From assembly GCA_020536535.1 (NCBI GenBank), contig JAHLWZ010000104.1:1-44811 (forward strand): a stretch of DNA of 44,811 bases, read 5' to 3'. The DNA comes from Pelomyxa schiedti. Lineage: Eukaryota > Protista > Evosea. Made by a program: the position numbers and the translations under genes. The notes beneath the pieces are model-generated. The model searched no databases and was not told the origin of the DNA. It worked only from the letters and a program-made list of their open reading frames with translations. This document shows, one piece after another, positions 10,101 to 23,500 of this stretch; position 1 is the stretch's first letter, and each line of letters begins with the position of its first letter.

Positions 10101-12599
10101 CCACCCAAAAACCAATTGTGTGATTACAATCTTATTTATTTCTTATAATGCGCCCAAGGTTATAAATAAATCATCACAACCAACTCAAGTTCATATGACA
10201 AGTAACCCAGCTTTATCTGTTACAATGTATTTTTTTTTATTTGGTTTTATCCAAAACTAAGAAGATAGCAGATCTGTCACACAACCCATTCAGTCAGTTC
10301 AGCCTGTCACAATTCCAGTCCCATCTCCAAAAGTACTGCCAACCTATACTACTGATGAAGAAATCAAGAAATTGGGGAAAAATATAACCGCATCATTTGA
10401 AGATCTGTGTAGGTGGGTTATTCTAGTATTTTCTGACTCTCACCCCCTACCTAGTTCACAAGACTTTGCAGAGTCTATTACTTCCTTGCATGAGTTATGC
10501 GTTCCGCAACACCTTGAATTCTTAATAGTCAAAATGCCTCTCGTTTGGCTTTTCACAGTCTCCACACACCCACAACAGCACGCAAAGCATCTGTCTGGTA
10601 CTACCATAAACTTAAATAACCTTCTTATATCCCAAGATCTATTGAGGACTGCCTACCGAGAAAAAGAAACCGGGAGCCAAATTATTCTCCACCCAGAGCA
10701 ATATGTTGAAGGGTAAAAAACCTTTTACCCATAATAAAAGACAACTGATATCACTAGGATCAACAAATTCTTGGGGGATATAGAAGATCTTTTAGCAGAT
10801 GCACCTCCAAATTCTTTTGAGATTCTGGGCTACATAATGGCTAGGTTCCCATTATCTTTTTCCTTTCCTCTTCTTATAACAAAAAAGGGGCATCTCAGAC
10901 AAACTGATGAAATTTGACGCTATCTTTGATCTTCTGTCCCCTCTGGTTGGGAAGTTATTCAGCTTTCTCCCCAGACACCCGACAACACCATCAAAACACG
11001 GCTGTGCGGCCGTTATCATTACTGAGCTTTTAAGTGCTCTAGTCAATTGCAAGGTAAAAGTTTTTTGCGGAAATAACCCTTGGTTACTTTTTTTCAGGGG
11101 AGAGACAAGGTTAAAAACTGGGTGCGCTGTGGAATAGATAAAGTTAAAAAACTGTTTGATCCAGTTATAACACACGTTGCGTTCATTCAACTCCTTGTTT
11201 CCAAGGTTTTTCCTACAAGTGTACATCTAAGTAGGTTTTCAACATTACACTCTTCAGAACGTAGAGTCCCCCTTTCTTACGGAGATACCAGAGAAAATTT
11301 TGTCACTTGACTCCAACCACCTGCGTGAATGGCTTGTAACTTTCATTGTTCATAAAATCTCAATTAATTAGTGGTAGGAAGTTATAAAGGATGATCTGGA
11401 TACTTCCCTGCGAGTTCAAGCCTTTTCTGGAATTTTGAGTCATTGCTCAGACATAGTTTTCGATGGCAAAGTTGCACACTGTTCCCCTGAGACCTGTAGT
11501 AAAAAAGACCTCAAGTCAACAACAGAACAACAAACAATCCCAGCAGAACCCATCCCAGACTCCACAAAAAAGCCGGCAAAAAAGAAAGGGAAGAAAAAGC
11601 CCGCACCAAACCCAGCACCCACAGTAACAACCACTACTCCTCAAAATGCATCCTCAGCACCAAGCACTGCACCAACATCATCTTCATCTGCAACCAGTGG
11701 CCTTGGAAAGTTATTGTGGCACAATGACTTGATTGCAAAGCTTAAGCCATATGTGTCCATTCTCAAATTTCTTGTTACAGTTGATGATGATGTTTCCGTG
11801 CAATCATGCTGCGTTACTGATGTTTTCAACAACTTGACTAGCAGCATTAAAGTTCCCGACTTGATTGAGGGTATATCACCTCACTCTAGGTTGATTTTAA
11901 CGTTCTCTAGAGCTCATATCAGTAATATTGAATTTCCTATACAATAATGAAATCATTACTGAGACAGCTTTCCGCAAGTGGAGGGAACAACTACCTTCTA
12001 GCCACGGCTCTTCAACATCATCACTCCTAACCCTTTCAGCCCAACCACAACCGCAAGTGGACGAGGCCACGCTCGCCCACATCGACAAGTTCTTCGAGCA
12101 CTTGGAGAGATCGGCAGAAGACCCAGCCACATCGCAGCCGGGGGTTCTGCTGCTGGAAGGAGAAGACCTGGTTTACGCGCTCGAATCCGGGCCAATGGCA
12201 CTCATCCGGAGTGCCAGCGCACCACCCCCTCGGCACATATCCCCACCCACTCTACAGCCACAGCCGGTAGCACCCGTAGCAGCTCGCCCCGCACCTCCCG
12301 CTACTAGTACACCCAATTCACAGTCCACAACAGCAGCCCCACAACAGCAACAACAACCACCGGCTGTAAAACCATCACAACCAACGGCAACAGTCACAAA
12401 CCCAATCCCAATCAAGCCGGCCGCTCTACTTCCACCACAATCACAAACAACAACAATACCAGCAACGGCAGCAACAACAACTCAAACTCAAACAAATACA
12501 CAACAACCAACAACATCAACCACCCAGCAGCCAACAAATGCACAGCAACCTCAACAGAAACCAAAGAAGAACAGAAACAGGAAGAAAAAAACCGGCTGA
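7140..12599 (+). CDS. eIF4G: Eukaryotic translation initiation factor 4G (multi-exon)
   Basis: eIF4E-binding motif YSRESLL (8668-8688). MIF4G motifs ILNKIT, IFFKAQRDKKRTAMYARLCVDL, FRRVLLNRCQSEF, MAFVAELYN and LSPRVKFKLQDVLEMR. MA3-like helical region. W2-like FLYNNEIITETAFRKWRE. Confidence 0.88.
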
Positions 12600-12689
12600 C
12601 AGTCACTCACAACGAGGTGGTGAGAGCAACAAAAGGAACTTCAATAAAAGTACTGTTTTTCACTCGTTCTATGAGTGCGTTGGTTGTTT

Positions 12690-13505
12690 CTACACGGCAG
12701 GGTCACTGTGGAGAAGTGGCCCTGTTTCATCATCGGCGTGTGCTGAAGTTGTTGGGGTAGTTCCTGTTGCAGTTTCTGTGGTGTCAGTTGCTGTACCAGT
12801 GGCAGTGGCAGTGGCACCGTCTGTTCCGGCAGCTGTTCCGGCCGGAGGTCCGCTGGCAATGCCGGCGGCAACTAGGAGCGTGGCACAGCAGCATAAACAG
12901 CCGAGGCAGCAGCATACAATGAAGACGGATATGTACTGTACTATCAGACAGCCTAGAGCCATCCACCAGAGGGTGGAGTTGCACTCATCAGTGGAAGTTG
13001 TGAACACCAACCTAAAAACAGTTATTTAGAGGCGGAAAAACAATCCGGAGGGGTCCGTACACAGTTCCGCAAATCATATTGCCAAATTCAACTGGAAGAA
13101 CACATCACAAAGGAAACGAGAAAGAAAAGGTAAGGAATGTAACTGAGTCCTAGCAGGCCTTGCAGCTTACTGATCGGCGCTTTCTTCATTCTGTCAAGTC
13201 CTTGGTTCAGCGTTTCTGCCTAGAAATATATGTTACTGATGGCAAAGAATACAGTGGCCACATACATCTCTCACGTAGAGGAAGTCAGCTATAGTTACAC
13301 AAAGCACTGTCAAAAAACATATCCCCACCTCACAGCAGAGGTAAATGTCCACCTAGAAACAAGTTATAGTACTATAAGCTTAAAAACCAAGCGCACTCTA
13401 GATGTGCAGTAGGAGCCAAAGTGAACGAGACCGATAGATCCCATCACAAATATGGGCGAGTAAAGAATCAACGTCGCCGCCAGCAACCCCACGCAACCTC
13501 CCCAT
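12690..13505 (-). CDS. Small multi-pass membrane protein with a Cys-rich (palmitoylation-like) segment; spliced, function unknown
   Basis: Hydrophobic exons MGGCVGLLAATLILYSPIFVMGSIGL and TLWWMALGCLIVQYISVFIVCCCLGCLCCC separated by short GT-AG introns; exon structure approximate. Confidence 0.5.
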
Positions 13506-13785
13506 GTCATTCTCTTCACTCACTCACCCACTGCTACTTGCTTGATGTTATCTATATACTTGTATACTCTCTGTCGTAGATCCGCTCCCCCGTGAACCGT
13601 TTATTGATGACCTACCCCAGACACTAATATTTGATATTATGTGAAGTGGATGTATTCGATCACTAAATTGTGAGAAAAAACACAATGAAGTCGAGGTACC
13701 GAACTAACATAAACAACAACAACATAAATAACAAAAGACAATTATTATTTTATTTCATCGTTTTTTCACAGGTATTTTGTTGCAC

Positions 13786-14607
13786 TCAGTGTATTTCCAC
13801 TTTGTGGCTTTCAGGCTGTGGGGGAACAGGGGGCTTTGGTACAGTTACAGTGAGTGTTCCGTTCTCGAATGCACCGGTTATCTGTGATGATTCCACACCC
13901 TTGGGCAGCCTGAACCTCCTTGTGAACTGGCCAAATGACCTCTCTGTGGTGTGCCATGTCCCCTGCTCCGCAGTTTCTTCCTTGGTGTGGTTCTTGTTGC
14001 CCGAGATGACCAGGAACCCATCGGGCGTGACTTCTACCTTCACGTCTTCCTTCTTGACACCAGGTAGCTCCGCAATCACTTGTATGTTGGTCTCTGTCTC
14101 CTTCACATCGGACTTTGGCCACCACATGTCCCAATTGCTCATCCTCCAGAATCCACCTCGATTTGGCTCTGATACCGCTGCTGAGGAAGCCTTGGGCACT
14201 GTTACTGCGGAAACATCCTTTGCCGCTGCTGAAGTGGATGAGGATCCCTCAGAATTTACCGGCTCTGTTGCAGTAGTGCTGGTACTCTCCTCCTTCTTGT
14301 CTGTTTCCATTGGCTTCTGTGGTTCTGATGTGTTGCTGCTCTGTGGTTCGCTCTCACTTCCCTTTGCAGGCTGGCCCTCGACTTTGCTGCCGTCACTCTG
14401 CTCCATTGGGACCGGCTTCTCAGTGCCTTGGACTGAAAGTGTCTGCTCACTCTGTGGATGGCGGCAGCAGGCCCGGGAGTACGGTGAGTAGTATCCCCAG
14501 TATGGATCCTCAAATGCATCAAGGAGGTGTGTCATTTCCCTCTGAATGCGGTTCACCTCTGCCCACGGGTCCATCATGCCAAGGAATGGTGCGTATCTGA
14601 ATGCCAT
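13786..14607 (-). CDS. HSP20: Small heat-shock protein (Hsp20/alpha-crystallin domain)
   Basis: Intronless ORF; DVKETETNIQVIAELPGVKKEDVKVEV...ERSFGQFTRRFRLP...AFENGTLTVTVPK. Confidence 0.95.
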   Translation of the reverse strand: MAFRYAPFLGMMDPWAEVNRIQREMTHLLDAFEDPYWGYYSPYSRACCRHPQSEQTLSVQGTEKPVPMEQSDGSKVEGQPAKGSESEPQSSNTSEPQKPMETDKKEESTSTTATEPVNSEGSSSTSAAAKDVSAVTVPKASSAAVSEPNRGGFWRMSNWDMWWPKSDVKETETNIQVIAELPGVKKEDVKVEVTPDGFLVISGNKNHTKEETAEQGTWHTTERSFGQFTRRFRLPKGVESSQITGAFENGTLTVTVPKPPVPPQPESHKVEIH

Positions 14608-15114
14608 CGTGCTTAATTTTTGTTTTTTTTGGTTTTGTTGTTTGTTTTGTTGGCTTGTTTTATTGCTTTTTTGCTTGCTGTTATTTTTTTTTGAATGAAA
14701 TTATGCCGGACATTGCGGCTTATAAGACGATGAAATGGGGTTTACAGTTCTCTTTCTTTTGTTTCCCCCGTATATTTGGTCTTTGTTCCCTTCAAAATCC
14801 AACGAAAATCCATTCAGAAACCAAATGGCATTTCTAATCGCTGGTTCTATTCTAAAAAAAGGCCCAGGGGCTTCGACCCATGCGACAACGCAGGTAATGA
14901 AGACCGCGTTCATGATTGACCCACCAAGGAGCTTGATCGTCCTTGCGGCTCAGACTTTCCTTCCCTTGAGACTCAAACTCAGCAGTTGCACATCGCGATC
15001 CAATTAACACAAAATCAAGCGCGTTGGATACGAAACGCGAAGCGACGTCGGCCGCACACCACCACAACAACAACACCAACAAGCAGGGGTGCTAATTCGC
15101 GCTTGGTCGGGCGG

Positions 15115-17978
15115 ATGGAGGTACATCGGTGTGGGTTCGTTGGGTACGACGGCGGCGGGGGGGTCGTCGGCATGGACGCGACACGCGACGGGGGGATGCT
15201 GGCCATAGCCAGGGAGCGCGGCGACGTGGACGTGTGGCTGTTCGGCAACGCCTCCCGCCCATCGAAAGTGACGGTGCGCCCCGGTGTGCTGTGCTGTGCT
15301 GTGTGTGTGTGTGTTGTACTACTACTAGTAGTAGTAGTAGTGTATGATGTAATGCAATCACTTGTCGCCAACTCAATACTTCTTTGGTTTTTTTTTTTTT
15401 TTTTTCGAATTTTTTTTTTTCTTTCTTTTGTTTTGTTTTGTATTCCCCCCATTCATCCATTTCGTCGTGCATCTTTGTTGCTATATGGAAATTTTCGTTT
15501 TGACGTGATTATTGGATAGAAGTTACTTGGGACAAGGGATGGAGTGAGGTCGGTGGCGTGGGCACCTTGTGACCCTCCAAGATTGTTCAGTTCGGGGCTC
15601 AATGGCCTCATCGTTGAGTGGGATATTTGCACATCGCTGCCTATTGTATTTCCCAGTGAATCACGGTTGTTGGTGTGTGCCTTATGTACTCCCAGAGAAC
15701 AGAGATAACTAACGGTGGAGCTATCTGGAGTATATCGGTGTCACATGACGGGAAGCACCTTGCTTGTGCATCTGATGACGGAACTGTACGGGTATACCAG
15801 TTATACACTTTCGGCAACGAGCCCACCATCCTTTTAGAATATATGCTCCCAAGGCAACCTGGTAAGTTGCTGCGGTTCCTTTTTTGGTCTAATTTGCCAC
15901 TGAAGCCAAGATTTTATCTGTGACTTGGTCTGTTGATGATACCAGACTTTACTTCGGCAGTGTTGGCACATTGAGCGGTTGGAGCGTAGCAGATATCGAG
16001 ACCATTAACTTGACTGCGCGAGTTCAATGTTTATTCACAAATTCCCTGCACCTCCGAACTGCGGTTAATACGTCATTTATCAAAGGCAATGAGAAAGTAG
16101 CAATTTGGGCTCTGTGCTACGCCAGGCACATAAATTGACACATCTGCATAAAGTCTAAAGTAATTAGGGACACACTGGTCAGTGGAAGTTCTGATGGTAG
16201 GGTTCAATTTTGGAATCCCCTTAATGGCTCTCTTCTTTATGTTGTACATCCATTTCCTCTCTTTGACTGACGTATTAAACTAGGAGTATTTCCGTAACTT
16301 CGCACCTATTTTGTGCGTAGCAGCCACTCCAAGTGGAGGGGAAGTGTTTTCCAGTGGTGTTGAACCTGCAGTCCAGTCATTTTCGCGTTCTACTTCCGGG
16401 CTGGTATAATTCCAATTAAATTAATTTAAGAAGAGTGCAACTTTCTAAGATCCTCTTTTTAGTGGACTCATGGTTCATTCGGCCAACAGCATACACATGA
16501 TGTTAAGGCGATTGCAATATCCAACTTACGGATTGGTAGTCCCCCAGCCATCATAATTGTACTAACAACTAGAACACAGCATCAGGAGGAGTGGATACCA
16601 AAGTTGTTTTGTGGAACAAAAAAACCCCATCACCCGTTAGATTTGCTTTGCGGAACCCTTCACAGATGTACTTGAAGGTTTTTACTTGATCAATCTAATC
16701 ACCAATTAGCCGCCCTCATTCCCATCACCCTCCTTTAAGCTTTGCTAAAGGTTGCGGGAGGATGCTATTCCATTCCGAAAATACTCTATCAATATGGCAA
16801 TTGGGCTCTTGTGAACGTATTGTCTTCCCTTCAAAAAAATAAAATGACACACACCTAGGTCGTGATTTAGGGGAACTCGAGACTGGCACTGATCTCAGAA
16901 TTCAGAAACCCTATAAACAAGTCTTGGAGATGAAAGCAAAAGTATTCTCCCCAATCTGGGAAAATTGGTTTTTATTCTCCTCAGTGTATGAGTAATATTG
17001 GCTGCAGTTGCATATCAATGACAGGCAAATATATCGCTTTTTCTGATAACACTGCTCTACACATCATACAGCTGCTACCTAAGGTGCTCTTCGTACTCCT
17101 CTTTCAATATTCATCCCACTATCTTCAAGGTTACACGACTAGTTACCCCGGGAACAGACAAAGTGGGTCCTTCAATCCGACTCCTATTTGCACATACAAC
17201 TGACGACATTCTGTGCTGTGTCTCATGTGATGGGTCTATCAAAGTAGTGAGACTTCCGGAGCTTTCTGTTATTCACTCTTTAGAACCATCCAATCGAAGT
17301 TAGCTTCTCCTTTTTTTTCCTTCACATTGGTAATTTTATGAATAGACATTCCCCTTGCAATGGCCCTAAGTCCAGATGATTCTCATCTTGCCGTTTCCTA
17401 TCATGGAAGCCGACTCCATGTATGGAATATCGCTCAAGAACGTGCAACGCGGACAACAGTTCCCCCTTATAAGAATCAAGTCCTGGCTCTGGGATTCCTA
17501 CCCTCAACGCATGGACTACTCTTAATAGCATGCTGTTCAATGGGTCAGCTATTCTACTGGAATATCGAAACCGAGAAAATGGAACCGCTAAATAAGTAAG
17601 CACCGTCTCTTGTGTAGTTCATTCCCACGGATTCATCTCACTGCATTTAGAACTCTCATCACTACGGATTATCAACAAATATGCGGAATCAACGCGGTGG
17701 CACCAGACTTATTGGTACTTAACACTGAAGATGACCTCATAGCACTAAATCCGAGTGTGTAAACTCATCAAAATTCTATCGCATGCTTATAATCAACAGA
17801 TACCAATGAATTCAAAACCAACACAAGTCTGCATGGAATTATGTTCGTTTCCGATTACCCAACCACAAGAACAACGGGCCGGTTCAAATCCTCCCTTGTT
17901 GTTGTGCAGAGAAGCATTTTGGACATGGTCTTCTCAGCTCCAAAACCAGCAGACCCATCAATATTCAAGAGTTTCTAA
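15115..17978 (+). CDS. UTP4: U3 snoRNA-associated protein 4 / cirhin (WD40), multi-exon
   Basis: N-terminal MEVHRCGFVGY, WD40 repeats (GGAIWSISVSHDGKHLACASDDG; LVSGSSDGRVQFWN), HTHDVKAIA and ASGGVD motifs typical of UTP4. Confidence 0.85.
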
Positions 17979-18087
17979 AAAAAATAGCCCAAAACAAAAT
18001 TAATTTTCTTGTTTGTCCATATCAAGATATTACAAAGTGGCCGAGTTGCAGGCTCTGCACACAATCATATGAATAAGAAATAGAGTC

Positions 18088-20178
18088 TCATAGGAGAGGG
18101 TCATGGAGGGTGTCAGCGAGAGGGCCTTCTATGTGTTGCGGCTTTGAATCTACTCTGGTCACTGATCGTATATATGTTTTCTGGAATGCTCTGATGAACC
18201 CGGAGATGATTAATACAATGGAAATCTGTGTGATTGCATTTTGTTAGTTTGATGTTTATCAGAGTGAGGTAGTTACCACGGAAACTGAAACTAGGAGGAG
18301 AATGGGTGATAGGCTATCTGAAATAACACCATACTTGTTCATTAAGTACACAATAACACCCAACACTGGCCCACCAACCTGTAGTTGTTTTGGGAAAGGT
18401 TAGAACAGGGGAGAAAGAAAAAGAAAGTCTACATTTCCAAGACCCAAGAAGAATTCAAAGAGAGTGCTGGAAGATACATCAACACTCCCGACTTCAAAGT
18501 TGTAGAGGAGACCTGCATTGAAGATCACGCCAAAAGCAAGTCCAAAGAAAATAAGCCCCAAAGTCAAAAAAATAGTGCCTCCGGCTATTAATTGGGTGTT
18601 AGACTTCTCTCGTTTCGACATAAATTTCAGGTTACTAATTTTATCCGTGAAAATAATCATCGAAAGAAAGCAAAGCTGCAATGTGTTTAGTGGGGAACAG
18701 TAGCTATATATTTACATACAATGTATCCTCCTACAACCATTGCTGCGGAAGTAACAGGGGTAATCAATGTACCATGCCACAGTTTGGTGAAAAACATAGC
18801 GGTAAAAGAAACCATTCGCATGAACATCCATGTTGATCCAACCAATGTGTGATATTTCTGATCAACCTACATGTGGCAAATTAATGGAACGGAGGAAAAA
18901 GGAGATAGTTACCCCAATATCAGTTAAAATCACTGGAAGGTAAGGAGACAGTGAGCAGGTAATGAAAGTCATAACTGGAACTTGAAAAGAATAAATCGTG
19001 TTGCACCATATCGAGGCTATAGGAATGACCATCTGTGGGCATTTAGAGGTTACATAAGACGCCATTTGTCTTTACCTTCTTATGCTGTGTAACTGTGTTC
19101 CGCGGTACAGGGTTTGCAGTAAACCACAGTAGTAATATCGGGGATAAGATGTGAATAATGATCAGGCCACAAAGCGTCTGAAGGGCAAACTTGGCAACAA
19201 GAGGGGAAAGAGGTAAAACAATAAGAACTGCACAGGCCCAGCAAATATTGTAAACGCCAACAGACCACTCTAATGGTTTATTGCGGGATGATGTATCTCC
19301 TTTCCTTCAGACAACGCGATAAAAAAAAGAATTGGTACATACAACTTTCGCCGGCAGGCCACAATAGAGTTATAAAAAACATATAAAGAATTGCTGTTAC
19401 ATATAGTGGAATCCCATACCTTGGACAATATTAGTGGGAGGGAAAAAAAAAGAAAGTGAAAAAACTTATGAGCTTTCTCTTCCCCAAATATTTTGTCAGA
19501 TAAGAGAGGTACAGTGACCAGTATTCCTAATGAAATGTGAGACGATATGTAAACCGAAGAGATGCTGTGCAACCACATAGAATTTCTACAATGAAGAACA
19601 TTTTCCTAGCACTGAAACTATAAGGCTTGAGCCGCTTGAGAACCCAGTTCCCAAATGGGGGCGATAGCATAGTGGCCACCCCGATTCCAATCCCCAAAAT
19701 ATACAATTCCAATGCCGAGAACAAGTACACCTCTATTCCCACCCAGCAACATCAGACAAACAACAAAAAAAGGGCAAACCAAAAAAGAAGAGAATGAAAA
19801 GAGATAAAAAGGGGATAAAAAGAGCGAAAAGGAGGGACAAAGAAAAAAAAAAATATTGGAACCAACACGCACACCCTCAGCAATGAAGTACACAGTGACA
19901 CCCAGCAGTGCACTCCCAGCCGAGTTTATCCATATGAACACAACCACAGCCCACAGCGCCGCGGGCTCATGCTCGTTGACAACATCCGTGCTACTACTGC
20001 TGGTGATGCCGTTACTCGTATCCCTCTCCCTGTCCATCTCCCTGTCATTGCCGTTGTCATTGTCATTACTGACCAATCCCACCTCCATCTCACTCATCCT
20101 CGTTGTGGTTGTTGTAGTCGTTGGCACACCGGAATTAGCCACCGGCGACCTCCCATTATCCCCGTCCATCTCGCTCAT
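18088..20178 (-). CDS. Multi-pass membrane transporter, MFS-like (multi-exon)
   Basis: About a dozen hydrophobic segments across short exons; C-terminus ...ISIVLIISGFIRAF...DPLL*. The family assignment is tentative. Confidence 0.55.
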
Positions 20179-20511
20179 CCTGGTGCGCACACACCGTTTG
20201 GGTGGATGTGCTTGATATTAACGCGAAAATGCACAAGCGAAGAAGTCCCATCACAACATCACCCAGAATCAATCTCGAGCCGAGATTGGCTGACCAGGAC
20301 AAAACCAGTGACAAGAGTGATCTCCACGTGGAATTTGCTCCCTGTTACGGATTACCTTTGTTCCCCTGAGTGATCTGTCCCAGACAACCCCTGAAAAACT
20401 CACTCGTCTCGGAAAACAAAAAAAAAAGACAAAGGCGGGGTTGTTGGATTTGGGTTGTTACCCGCAAACGAACAGACAACACAACCGGGTTTTAATAAAG
20501 AGAGGACAAAG

Positions 20512-23500
20512 ATGGCGACAGGAACGACATCCTACATGGCCAAAGTGTTGTATAAATTTGATGCCTCGAGCGAGTCCCAGTTGTCGCTAGTTCCCGGACA
20601 AATCATAGAGGTTTTTTCTTTTCTTTTTTTTTTTTCCCCCCCCCTTTGGAACGTTTCATTTTCGGTTTTTGGGCATATGATGTATATTTTATTTTTTTTG
20701 CTATTTTGAAAACTGCTAATTTGTTGGTAACATCATGGTAGGTGTCTAAGAAATATGCACAAGGGTGGTCATTTGGTAAAAACAACACCGGAAAATCGGG
20801 CTTGTTTCCCAGCACTTACGTGGAGGAGGTAAAGCAGGAAGTGAAGCAAGGAAGCCAGCCGCCTCCTGGTCCCGCTGCTAATTCTGTTCCTCTATCTACC
20901 TCCGTTGTGTCCCCTCAGTCTGCCCCTGGTGCTCCAGCAGCCACATCACAACCAACACCTACACCCTCTTCCACAGCACAGCCGGCAGCTACTACTGGTG
21001 GTGCTGTAGTTTCCACGTCTCCCCCTGCCACTAATACGGCCGTTTCAGTACCACTACCTTCTGGAATGGTGAGGGCAACAGTTATCAAAGACTTCGACAG
21101 CAAGAACCCGTGAGTCTTTTTCTCTTTTTCCCAGTGCCTGACTTCTGACTTTCTTTTTCTTCATCAGAACAAACCTCGCCCTCAAGAAAGGAGAGATTAT
21201 TGTAGTGCAAGAGCAATTCCCCACTGGATGGGCTAGGGCTCAATCTTCTTCGGGAAAGTAAGTTCTAAATACCATGAGAGTTCTTTTTAAATCTCACCAG
21301 AACTGGACTTGTACCCCGCAACGTACTTGCTTTCATTGAAAATTCGAAGTTCAAGTGCGTCAACTTTCCACTAGCTCACCTGCACTAAAGTTATTACTTA
21401 GAGCCATTGCTATGTATGACTACACTGCGGGAAACGCCAGCGAATTGACATTTAAGAAAGATGACGAGCTTGATATTATGAATGATACACTTCCGAATGG
21501 TTGGTGGTTAGCACAGCTGGGATCCAAGATTGGAAGAATACCATCTGGATACGTCAAAAGAGTAGAAGCTCCCCAAACAACCCCTGTCTCCTCAGATACA
21601 CCAGCAACCGCCAGTGGTACTACAACAGAAGCACAAAACCAACCAACAACACTGTCCCAGCCAAATACTACTTTTGGTTCCACTTCGAATTCATTTGGGC
21701 ATGCCTCTGAACTTGCGCCAAAACATGATGGCTCCAAGACCACTGAAACTGTTACGGTAATACTGGAAAAACTCGGGATTTCTTCTAACTGGTTTTAGTA
21801 CCCTCACAAGGCAAGAGCAAAATACCCATACAATGCCCGAAAGCCAAGTGAACTGTCCCTTGCCAAAGGGGACGAAATCACAATCTTGAAACCAAGCGCA
21901 AAGGGTTGGGCACTCGCAACTCTGAAAGACAAGCAAGGCTATGTTCCAGCTTCATTTGTGGAAAAGATTGGTATTTTTGGACTGTAATGATTTTCATTGT
22001 TAACAATTTCTTAGAGACGGGTGATTCTTTTACCGCTTCATCAGCACCTTCGGCATCCACCACCCAAACCCCAGTTGCAACTTCTACCGCCACAACAACT
22101 TCAACTCAATCCTCTGTACCAACTCCTACACCAACACCTGCGGCCGTAACACCAACACCGGCTACGACAACAGCAGTTACTGCCCCGCCAGCTCAACCAT
22201 CAACGGTTGCTGCTCCCCCAGCTCAACCTTCGGCAGTTGTAACACCAACCCCCACAGTCGCCACCCCTGTGGAAACTGTCGTTCAAGCAACAGTCCCTTC
22301 TACTGAACATAAGGCTGCCCGGCCAATGCCTGCTCCTCCAGTCGCAACAGCAAGTTCCGAAGTGAAAGATCCCTATGTTCCTCCCGCCAAGGTTTGTAAG
22401 CTTCAACTGCTTACTGGAAATAACTTCAAACAGTTTTTGCATAAAGCAATTGCATTACATGACTACAAGCCTACAAGACAAAATGAACTTGCCCTTTCCA
22501 AAGGAACAGAGGTTTACATTCTTAAAATACTGGAAAGGGTACGACAAACTTCCCAATTAGATTTGGCAATTTATGTGTACCTAGGGGTGGGTTTATGCGT
22601 GGCTGAAGGGGACTGCGGGTGTTATTCCTGGTAAATATGTTAAAGAGATAACCACCACTCAACCTGCTGCTTTGCCAACCCAAACTTCCCAATCAATTTC
22701 TGCACAGCCAGCTTCAATTCAAACAACACCAACTCCAACAACAGTGCAACCAACCACAACTCCAGTACAACCAATACAACCAACTCCAGCATCAGTACAA
22801 CCGACACTAACACCGCTTACTTCTCAGCCAGAAACAGTGCCACTTAAACCAACTGCAGAACAAACACCTACCCAAAATAACAACCAAGAACCAACACCAA
22901 CACCAACACCAGCAAAACAAGATGTGTCTGTACAGCCACCATGTATGTATCTCGAAATCCAACAATTCAATTGACTTTATGCCAGCTGAAAAAATGCCAG
23001 AAAAAGCAGAAGCCATTTACGGTTTCACTCCAGACCCAAAGGCAGACGCCCAATTACCACTGCGGGTAGGAGAAATTATTACCATCCTCTCTAAGGCAGA
23101 CAAGTAAGTATCCTTGTTTGCCCCAGTTACTTACTCACTTGTCCCAGTGGCTGGTGGTATGGTGAGAACTCGGAAAAAGTATCCGGCCATTTCCCTGCAA
23201 CATATGTAAAACTGCTCCCCGTGCTCAAGTGTCTACTCATACATTTAATTTTCGTTTCTAACGAAACACATCAGTGGCGATACCAAACAGCCTGAACAAC
23301 CCAAGCCAGTAGAAGTCACAGCAGAAAAACCAGTGATCCAGAAACCTGAAATAAAACCTGAGCCCCAAGCCGAAATAAGAGTAGAACCCAAACCGGAAAT
23401 CAAAGAGGAACCCAAACTAGAACCCAAACCGGAACCAAAAGTGGAACCCAAACCGGAGCCAAAACCGGAGCCCAAAGTAGATAGGCCCAAAGTAGAAGTA

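Noticed and set aside
14790-14855. Possible heat-shock elements upstream of HSP20
   Set aside because: GAA/TTC triplets are present but not in a clean alternating nGAAn array.
14948-14960. RNase P CR-I-like motif on the minus strand
   Set aside because: No CR-V/P4 partner within a plausible distance, so it is not called as RNase P.
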